From contig NW_021829848.1 of the NCBI RefSeq assembly GCF_006345805.1, positions 1 through 5,827 on the forward strand: a DNA stretch of 5,827 nucleotides, written 5' to 3'. Source of the stretch: Octopus sinensis (lineage: Eukaryota). Shown here piece by piece: positions 1 to 5,827 of this stretch; positions within the stretch are counted from its first letter, which is position 1; every line of letters starts with the position of its first letter. Made by a program: the position numbers and the translations under genes. Under the pieces are notes generated by a model that was not told the DNA's origin, ran no database searches, and worked only from the letters and a program-made list of their open reading frames with translations.

Positions 1-19
1 GGTGTATAACTTTAAAAAT

Positions 20-150
20 AACTGTGTATGTATGCGTAGGTATATATAATGTATGTACATAGATACATCATATATATATGTGAGACATATAAATGCATGT
101 ACATGTGTGCGCGCGCATACAATCACATACACACACAAACACACACATTT
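20..150. repeat. Compound (TA)/(TG)/(CA)/(CG) dinucleotide microsatellite tract
   Basis: tgtgtatgtatg, tatatata, gtgtgcgcgcgc and acacacaaacacacac runs read directly. Confidence 0.9.
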
Positions 151-324
151 CTGTGCTAGCCTTTACTAAATTTCTTGGTTTATAGTCTTAGACCCCTTAT
201 AGCCATGGGGTTTACTCCTACAACTGTCATAAATATGTTATCGGAGTAATCTTTGAAAGTGCTTTGATATTGCTTTCGTCCAGCGGTCTATTGCGCAAAT
301 TCTGATCAACGTACAATACGCTTA

Positions 325-575
325 GTTATTGTCTGTGCAATGCCGTGTTTGACAGCAAAATGGATACAAAAGAAATTGAGAAATGTTGGGCCAGAGAAAT
401 GAAGGGATTGCAGAAGAGAAAACTTGGTACAATACCTAAAATGCTACCTAGAAAACCTGCAGAAAAGTACTATCCCGCATTCTGCGAGAATCTTAAAGAA
501 TATTCTTGAGGTGTGAGGAGATCTGTTGTCATCAAACCTCAATATAATGTACTTTACCTATTAAAGCATGTAATA
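325..575 (+). mobile_element. 5'-truncated, decayed R4/Dong-like RLE LINE 3' end (copy 1)
   Basis: Broken translation AMP.DSKMDTKEIEK ... AREMKGL ... LGTIPKML ... QKST ... SARILKNILEV* (stop 514-516). Aligns to the 3' end of copy 2 (SVRILRKILEI*, stop 3930-3932) and shares the 3'UTR blocks caaacctcaa (533-542 / 3949-3958) and gcatgta (566-572 / 3985-3991). Left boundary approximate. Confidence 0.8.
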
Positions 576-593
576 ACTTAATAATAATAATGA
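571..593 (+). repeat. Imperfect (TAA)n tract between LINE copy 1 and SINE 1
   Basis: taataacttaataataataatga. Confidence 0.85.
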
Positions 594-596
594 TCC

Positions 597-804
597 ATTC
601 TACTATAGGCACAAGACCTTAAATTTGTAGGGAGGTGACTAATCGATTGTATCACCCCAATATTTCGCTGGTACTCTATCGACTCCGAAAGGATGAGAGA
701 AAGAGCCAACATCGGCGGAATTTGAAATCAGAACGCAGCGACGGGTGAAAAAACCGCCAAGCATTTCGCCCGGCATGCTAACGATTCTGCCGTCTCACCG
801 CCTT
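597..804 (-). mobile_element. tRNA-derived SINE copy 1 (octopus-type), near full length
   Basis: Minus strand aaggcggtgagacggcagaatcgttagc (A-box-like head) ... ctgatttcaaattccgccg (degenerate B box) ... ggtcttgtgcctatagtagaatgg, then (ATT)n. Homologous along its length to 838-1040 and 4017-4196. Confidence 0.9.
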
Positions 805-810
805 AAATAC

Positions 811-837
811 AATAATAATAATAATAATAATAATAAT
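811..837 (+). repeat. (AAT)9, the (ATT)n tail of SINE 2
   Basis: Perfect trinucleotide run abutting the 3' end of SINE 2 and close to the head of SINE 1. Confidence 0.95.
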
Positions 838-1040
838 GCTTTCTACTCCGAGTAGAAGGCCTGAAAGTTTATGTGGAGTGGCCAGTCGATTACATTGAAC
901 CCAGTACTTAATACATCGACCTCGAAATGATGAAAGGTGAAGTCGACTTCAGCGGAATTCGAATTCAGAGCGTAAAGACGGACGAAATACTGCCAAGCAT
1001 TTTGTCCGGCGTGCTAACGATTCTGCCAGTTCGCCGCCTA
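838..1040 (-). mobile_element. tRNA-derived SINE copy 2, near full length
   Basis: Minus strand aggcggcgaactggcagaatcgttagc (A box) ... ctgaattcgaattccgctg (B-box-like) ... ctttcatcatttcgaggtcgat (central block) ... ggccttctactcggagtagaaagc, then (ATT)9. Confidence 0.9.
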
Positions 1041-1048
1041 AAATAAAA

Positions 1049-1066
1049 TAGTAGTAGTAGTAGTAG
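1049..1066 (+). repeat. (TAG)6, left flank of the inverted LINE segment
   Basis: tagtagtagtagtagtag read directly. Confidence 0.95.
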
Positions 1067-2280
1067 TGTCTACAATTGCTGACCCCCCCCACCTTAGCTT
1101 TCTTTGTACTTCTGTATCAACACTGTCTGTCCTTTTGTCATCTATGTTACTGTTCCATTTACACACTAGGCAAAAAAAAAAAAAAAAAAATGTACATTCC
1201 TTTGTATACTTGAAAGTTTTTAGAGCCAGAAACCTTGGACACCACAGGGCCTGGAGAGTGGGGTTGCTTTCCGTTTGGTATTTTCTCGAGCACCTCTTTT
1301 ACTTTCATATCCGTGATTATTATATTTTTCTTGTCGCTCCATCTTCTCTTTTAAATCCCCGCAACCAGCCCGGCTTTTATATTACCTTGAACCTCTTTGC
1401 TGCTTCAGTATCTGACATATTGTTACTCTGGTTCAGTTGTTTATAGCATTTTCTTTCGATGTTATTGAGTCTATTCTGCTGGTATTGCTTTGTTCTCTGT
1501 TAGTATCCAGGTTTTTTTTTTTCATTTCATTTTTTTTTTACTTGATATGGTTTAAATTTTTTTTATTTTTGGACGACCTGCAGTCCTTTATGTTTGACGT
1601 ACTTTCTTTGTAGTTCGTCCCTGTGCCTTTCGCTTACTCTCTTCTTTTCTATGATTGCAAATATCCGTCCAAGATCTCCCTTGAGCTGTTCAATTTGGTT
1701 CTCATGCCTTTGGTCCTGCTACGGGATTTTGTCCTTTGTTTTTCGTACGTCTTTTAACCCCAAGAATTTAGGTGTCGTTTAGATCTGTTACATTTTGCAC
1801 CACTTCGTTTTCCACTTTTGATTCCTCTCAGAACAGGTAGCCTCTTTCTCTCGTTATTTCGTGTCTCTTTCAGGCGTTATAGTAAGTTCCTTTCTTATTC
1901 TGTAACAATTTTTCCTTCCACGAAATAAAATCTGCCTTCGTCTGGGTAGCTGTTTCTTCTGTGAAGATTTATTGGTTGCTCTACCAATCCCTGATATTGT
2001 TCTGCTTCATTTCCTTCGTATTCAGCGTAGTCATGTTCACACTCTTTCACTATTGTGGAGATCTCCTTCAGTTCCAATCGGAATAACCACTATCTCATCA
2101 CGATTAGATTTTTCTAGTCTTTTGTTGTACATGATTTTAGTAGGCTCTTTTCTTTAATAACATTCCATTGCAGTTTTGTTGTCGTTTTGCGTCGATTTTC
2201 TCCTAATCTTAGTAGTATTTGGATAACGACCAGGCCCACCCTGCTGTACAGTGGAACACTTACCGTGCAAAAGACATTCA
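1067..2280 (-). pseudogene. Disrupted N-terminal/pre-RT coding region of the RLE LINE polyprotein
   Basis: Same motifs as above. The supplied ORF 1895..2077(-) (ELKEISTIVKE...) is one surviving piece. Confidence 0.8.
1172..1190 (+). repeat. A19 homopolymer (T19 in element sense) interrupting the LINE coding region
   Basis: Lies between the KNF and MTKGQTVLIQK motifs on the minus strand. Confidence 0.9.
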
Positions 2281-2497
2281 CACGGAACACGAAGAAGACT
2301 GTAGAGATGAAGTGTCACAACCACCAGTGTTTTATCGAGACACCGCCTCTAGGGGGTTGTCAGCCAAGTCTAAAGAGACCCACCTCCCTCTGTGATAGAT
2401 TTATCTACATGAAAACTTTCGCTGCCGTTTTTATTCTCGAGGCATTCTTTAATACTACTGCTATCCTAAGTGGTAACAATGGCGTCATCATCAGCAG

Positions 2498-2970
2498 TTA
2501 ATAAAGAGATGGGAAGTCAGTAATTATAGAACTATTATGTTTATCTAATTGGCCTCACAGTAGATGAAATATGGAATTTTCTGGAAAAGGAGAACTTACT
2601 GCCAGCGGAGCAAAAAAGATGCAGAAAGAAGTGGAGGGGAACCGTTGATCAGCGTTTTCCAGGGAGACTCACTCACTCCGCTGCTCTTCGGCATTGCGTT
2701 AATCCCTCTGATAAGTATACAGAGAAAATCCATCGCCCGCTTTATATGGATGACCTCAGACTATATAAAAAGAAATGAGATAGCCCTAGACTCTTTGATC
2801 CAAACAGTGAGAGTATTCAGTACAGATATTGAAATGGAGCTTGGAATAAATAAATGCGTAGTAATGATCATGCCCGAAGGTAAACCCTGATGGCAAAAGT
2901 TACCACAGCAGAACATGATTAGATTGCTGTAAAATAATGAGGGATACAAATACCTTGGAGTGCTGTAAGG
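2498..2970 (+). pseudogene. Reverse transcriptase domain, frameshifted and internally deleted
   Basis: QGDSL.P and YMDD motifs are present in different frames, followed by YKYLG. The supplied ORF 2564..2890 is a mosaic of these frames. Confidence 0.92.
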
Positions 2971-3375
2971 ATAATGGAAGGAGATATGAGAGAAAATCTC
3001 TAAAGAGTTTACGAGAAGAATTACGAAGCTGCTAGAAACGAAATTAGACGAAGAAAGGTGGCAGGGAATTACGATATTGGGGTTGAAACATTATGGTGTA
3101 CGGAGTGAAGAAAGAATACTACTGATAGCTAGAGATGTCTAAAATGTAACTGAAACAGTAGGAGAATTGAAGAATAGAGCAAGCAGGTGGAAAGAAAAGG
3201 AATTGTATCACTGATTGATGCCACCAACGGAAGATGTTATAAGTGAAGAACGCTGGCTCTGACTAACCAACCGAAATCTGAAATGAGAGACCACAGCGCT
3301 AATCGTAGCTCCTCAGGAACAAACTATTAGGACGAATCTGATAGAAGCAAAGAATGACAAAACTTAGACATCAAA

Positions 3376-3691
3376 GGTAGAATTTGCAGGAAAGGGGACG
3401 AATTATCAGTCATCTCTTCAATGTGTGCAGTAAGCTAGTATAAAAACAGTTTAAGCGCAGGCATAACTAAGTAGATATATATAAAAACAAGTGCATTGGG
3501 ATATTAACCGAGTATGTGACTTCAAAGCAACAGTAAAGCGGTGAGAACACGAACTAGAGGCTGTGACAGAGAATAGATTACTGGATCTTATGGGATTTCC
3601 CCATAAAGACCAGACATGATTATAGAGAACAAACTAGTGTGAGATCATAGATTTTGCAAATCCCTGTTATAACAGTCGATACCATAGAAAC

Positions 3692-3746
<55 letters not shown>

Positions 3747-3932
3747 AGGATCTAACCAGAGTTGAAAGGACTGTAGAAGACTGAAACAGCAATTATTCCT
3801 GTGGAAATGGCACGTTTGGCACGGCACCCAAAATGCTACGTAAAAGTTATTGGACATGAGATTCGTGTTGTTCACCGCGAAAGTACCATCCTGTGTTCTG
3901 TAAGAATCCTAAGGAAAATTCTAGAGATTTGA
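3376..3932 (+). pseudogene. CCHC zinc knuckle and PD-(D/E)xK restriction-like endonuclease, decayed
   Basis: (G for C)RICRKGDE-ISHLFNVCSKL (3376-3437); KRRHN (3453-3467); VHWDI; ILWDFPIKT (3585-3611); PDMIIENK; CEIIDFANP (from 3638); QDL (3746-3754). This order is typical of R2/R4-type RLE elements. Confidence 0.85.
3695..3744 (+). repeat. (GA)25 microsatellite inside the RLE coding region
   Basis: Perfect run counted directly. Confidence 0.97.
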
Positions 3933-4016
3933 AGAAATTTGTGGTCAACAAACCTCAAGACAACTTTCCTGTTGATTAAAATTTGCATGTATTAGGTTGA
4001 TGATGAGGATAATAAT

Positions 4017-4196
4017 CTTTTCTACTCTAGGTACAAGGCCTGATATTTTGGGGGAAGGGAGTTTGTGGTTTATATCGATTTTTAGTACTCAACTGGTAAA
4101 TTTTATATTCGCAGAATTTGAACTCAGAGCACAAAGACGGACGAAATGCCACTAAACATTTTGTCCGGCATGCTAACGATTCTGCTAGCACACTGC
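4017..4196 (-). mobile_element. tRNA-derived SINE copy 3 with central deletion
   Basis: Plus strand cttttctactctaggtacaaggcc ... cagaatttgaactcagagc (intact B box gagttcaaattc on minus) ... ctaacgattctgctagc. It lacks the ~35-40 nt gaaaggatgaaagg..tcgac block present in copies 1 and 2. Confidence 0.88.
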
Positions 4197-4237
4197 AATA
4201 ATAGTGATGATGATGATGATAATAATACTAATAATAA
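4197..4237 (+). repeat. Compound (GAT)n/(AAT)n spacer between SINE 3 and SINE 4
   Basis: aataatagtgatgatgatgatgataataatactaataataa. Confidence 0.9.
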
Positions 4238-4240
4238 CCA

Positions 4241-4365
4241 GTCTTCTTATATGCACAAGGCCGGAAAGTAAGAAAGGCAAAGTCCTCTTTGACAGAATTT
4301 GAACTCAGAACTTATAAAGGCTGGAAGAAATCGTTTGTCTAGCGCAGAAACGATTCTAATATTAG
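4241..4365 (-). mobile_element. Degenerate SINE copy 4 with large internal deletion
   Basis: gcacaaggccggaaa joined directly to gaaaggcaaagtc, then cagaatttgaactcagaac (B box on minus) and aacgattct. Confidence 0.75.
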
Positions 4366-4379
4366 CCCAAACCTTCCGG

Positions 4380-4470
4380 TTTTTGAAGAGTGATCACACG
4401 ATTAAATTTCTCAGTATACAACTGGTATCATACCATATCAACTCATGAAGACTTAATTGACCTCGGCGTC
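4380..4470 (-). mobile_element. Highly degenerate SINE fragment 5 (central part only)
   Basis: ctcagtatacaactggta resembles SINE 3 ttagtactcaactggta; tatcaactc resembles tatcgactc; aattgacctcggcg resembles agtcgacttcagcgg of SINE 2. Confidence 0.55.
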
Positions 4471-4559
4471 GTTTTCAAGAATCATACTTCTTTATTTATC
4501 GCGGGAGGAAATAAAACAAGAATACGCTTGTCATCGTTACGAACCTGGGATTTAATAAC

Positions 4560-4670
4560 AGCAACGTTGAGCAACAAGAAAGCCCCTACACGGCCATTCG
4601 ACCACCAGGAGATAACAGCTAAATTTATCTCAATTCATTTCCCTATAGTTCCTTCCCTTAAAGTTTTTCA
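4560..4670 (+). repeat. Possible degenerate copy of another interspersed octopus repeat
   Basis: ggccattcgacc...gagataacagctaaatttatctcaattca resembles a recalled octopus repeat (gaaatagcagccaaatctccctcaaatca). From memory only; no second copy in this window. Confidence 0.3.
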
Positions 4671-4773
4671 TATACAATGTCTAGCAAAAATTAAATAAAG
4701 ATGGTCGCGGGTGAATATATTTTTTGATCCGAATTTTTTATCAAGTCGCAATTGATCTGGACAGAAACAGTGG

Positions 4774-4795
4774 CAACAACAACGACAACAACAAA
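4774..4795 (+). repeat. Short imperfect (CAA)n
   Basis: caacaacaacgacaacaacaaa. Confidence 0.8.
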
Positions 4796-5287
4796 TAAGA
4801 TGGGGAGAAAATTAACTACAGTAACCGTTGATCCACCGCAGTTGTTGATCGAAGGACTGATAGCTGGCTTGTCCAGTCACTCAATCACTCATTCACACGT
4901 AGACTAAATGATCAAAGCTCTCACACACCACACAAAAACAGCTGGAAAGCAAAACGAAAGTGTTGACAGAAAGTTGTTGGCAGTAAAGATATCGTTGATA
5001 GTTTTTTTTTTTAAAAAGCCGTTAGAGGTTTTTAGTTTGTTTTATTTGATTTTATTTTTTCTTCATTCTTGTAATCTAACAACTGTGACATTTATTTGAT
5101 ATTTGCTTCATACAGTTCCTCCTTGGCTCCTCTCTTGGTCTTCCTCTCTATCTTGATTTAATTATCTTCAACCCATACATTTTCCTTTTTTCTATCTTCT
5201 TTAATACGTCCATAGGTGATTGCGCATGTTTCTTACTCACTTCCACTCCCCCCTTCTCAGTGAGTACACTCACGGACGCACGTGTTA

Positions 5288-5414
5288 ATGTGTGTGTGTG
5301 TGTGTATGAGCGCGCACACAGAAATATGTGTGTGTTTGTGTGTAAATGATTTTATATTCATCATATATATATGTACGTATATATGCACACACATACACAC
5401 GAATGTGTGTATGT
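5288..5414. repeat. Compound (TG)/(TA)/(CA) microsatellite tract
   Basis: Read directly. Confidence 0.9.
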
Positions 5415-5518
5415 AACTTCAGAAAATTACCTGATGAAATGGATGATGAATAACAATACGACTTCGCTATTAAAATGCGTGTTGTGATGTTTTAAACTAT
5501 CCGTTCATTTTTGTTTAC

Positions 5519-5599
5519 CACACACACACACACATATGTGCTGAGCATATGTGTATATATGTATAAACAGGCACATATATTTACATATATATATATATA
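5519..5599. repeat. Compound (CA)/(TA) microsatellite tract
   Basis: Read directly. Confidence 0.9.
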
Positions 5600-5737
5600 G
5601 GTTTACGAAAAAAAACAAAAGACGAAGACAGGTGGTGTACAAAACAAACGCTCAGGAATAGAAAAGGGCTTTTACGTTTCGAGCCTACGCTCTTCCACAG
5701 AAACGAACACAGAAAGAAACAAGAAGAGAAATAAATG
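5600..5737 (-). mobile_element. Short interspersed unit between dinucleotide tracts carrying a hammerhead-like motif (Penelope-like terminal repeat or retrozyme-like fragment)
   Basis: A non-repetitive ~135 bp island flanked by (TA)n and (CA/TA)n. It contains the motif listed next. The Penelope link is inferred from the known association of minimal type I hammerheads with those elements. Confidence 0.45.
5666..5705 (-). ncRNA. Candidate minimal type I hammerhead ribozyme with variant core
   Basis: Minus strand UUU-CUGUGGA-A-GAGC-GUAG-GCUC-GAAA-C-GUA-AAA: perfect 4 bp stem II with a tetraloop directly before GAAAC, palindromic ACGU in place of stem III, and UUU/AAA as stem I. Confidence 0.5.
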
Positions 5738-5827
5738 TATACACACACATACACAGGAACACATTGACATATCTATATAGGTAGGTAAGTAGGTGGGTTG
5801 CTTAGATAGATTGATTATATATGCATG
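5738..5827. repeat. Mixed (CA)/(TA)/(TAGG)/(TAGA) low-complexity tract
   Basis: Read directly. Confidence 0.85.

Larger units (their letters stand above)
1067..2497 (-). mobile_element. Inverted 5' half of R4/Dong-like LINE copy 2 (5'UTR, N-terminal region, start of RT)
   Basis: Minus-strand motifs appear in the order expected for this family: GGPGRYP..RRKSTQNDNKTAMECY (MECY 2168-2157); WLFRLELKEI (2089-2060); HENQIEQLKGDLGRIFAIIEK (1706-1646); QRTKQYQQNRL (1499-1467); GP-GVQGFWL-KNF (1252-1213); MTKGQTVLIQK (1141-1109); VSNCR (1083-1069). Many stops and frameshifts. Family assignment rests on recalled consensus motifs. Confidence 0.85.
2498..3995 (+). mobile_element. Direct-orientation 3' half of R4/Dong-like LINE copy 2 (RT, CCHC, RLE, 3'UTR)
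   Basis: EVSNYR (to 2530); FLEKENLLPAEQK (2578-2616); FQGDSLTPLLF (2657-2689); YMDDLRLY (2743-2766); DSLIQTVRVFSTDIEMELGINKC; GYKYLGVL (2942-2965); WKEKELY (from 3188); ETTALIVAPQEQTIRTN (3287-3337); SVRILRKILEI* (3897-3932). Confidence 0.93.

Noticed and set aside
240-320. Minus-strand agaatttgc...ggacgaa resembling the CCHC region at 3379-3402, suggesting copy 1 is also 5'-inverted
   Set aside because: Only two short words match, with the wrong spacing, and the flanks do not align. It would need a consensus alignment to revive.
597-1040. SINE heads as tRNA genes; spaced SINE copies as a CRISPR-like array
   Set aside because: There is no complete cloverleaf, and each head continues into a shared SINE body and tail. 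The units are ~200 bp diverged retroposons in eukaryotic DNA with no cas genes.
1066-1446. 126 aa plus-strand ORF, plus ORFs 1594..1782, 1972..2157 and 2187..2501
   Set aside because: They are antisense to the inverted LINE half. Their hydrophobic composition reflects the T-rich complement of an A-rich coding strand, and they contain no recognisable domain.
2410-2500. CUGAUGA (2494-2488) and GAAA (2420-2417) on the minus strand as a hammerhead at the LINE 5' end
   Set aside because: No closing pair for stem II and no stem I could be built. The CUGAUGA is part of a short gatgatga repeat at the inversion junction.
3645-3875. Minus-strand ORF with an SLSLSL run, and ORF 2761..2949(-)
   Set aside because: Translation of the (TC)n microsatellite and antisense of the RT/RLE region.
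1040-4017. Discrete target-site duplication around LINE copy 2
   Set aside because: Both flanks are degenerate trinucleotide repeats (TAG versus GAT/AAT), so no unique duplication can be read.
4390-5099. ORFs 4390..4698 and 4908..5099
   Set aside because: They overlap degenerate repeats or T-rich sequence, have no motif support, and their lengths are expected by chance.
5070-5120. Branch-point-like ctaac and ttcatacag splice-acceptor-like site
   Set aside because: No open exon or donor follows, and such motifs are common in AT-rich DNA.
5425-5510. Plus-strand CCUGAUGAAAUGGAU as a second hammerhead, and a bulged 10 bp inverted repeat with 5499-5508
   Set aside because: No GAAA half-core or stem III follows, and a lone 7-mer is expected by chance in a window this size. 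It could be a deleted relic but cannot be supported here.

Overview
Eukaryotic, AT-rich, repeat-saturated DNA with no supportable host gene. The SINE sequence and dense microsatellites suggest an octopus/cephalopod genome (recognition from memory, not a database hit). Main content: (i) a decayed R4/Dong-clade non-LTR retrotransposon with a restriction-like endonuclease (RLE), about 1067-3995, whose 5' half (5'UTR, N-terminal region, start of RT) is inverted on the minus strand while the rest of RT, the CCHC knuckle, RLE and 3'UTR are on the plus strand, a geometry that fits twin priming; (ii) a second, 5'-truncated copy of the same family at about 325-575; (iii) four recognisable tRNA-derived SINE copies plus one fragment, all on the minus strand and spaced by (TAA/TAG/GAT)n, apparently a tandem array into which the LINEs inserted; (iv) a minimal, variant hammerhead-ribozyme-like motif on the minus strand at about 5666-5705; (v) several microsatellites. 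All translations were done by eye. The supplied ORFs are frameshifted LINE fragments or antisense/low-complexity artefacts.
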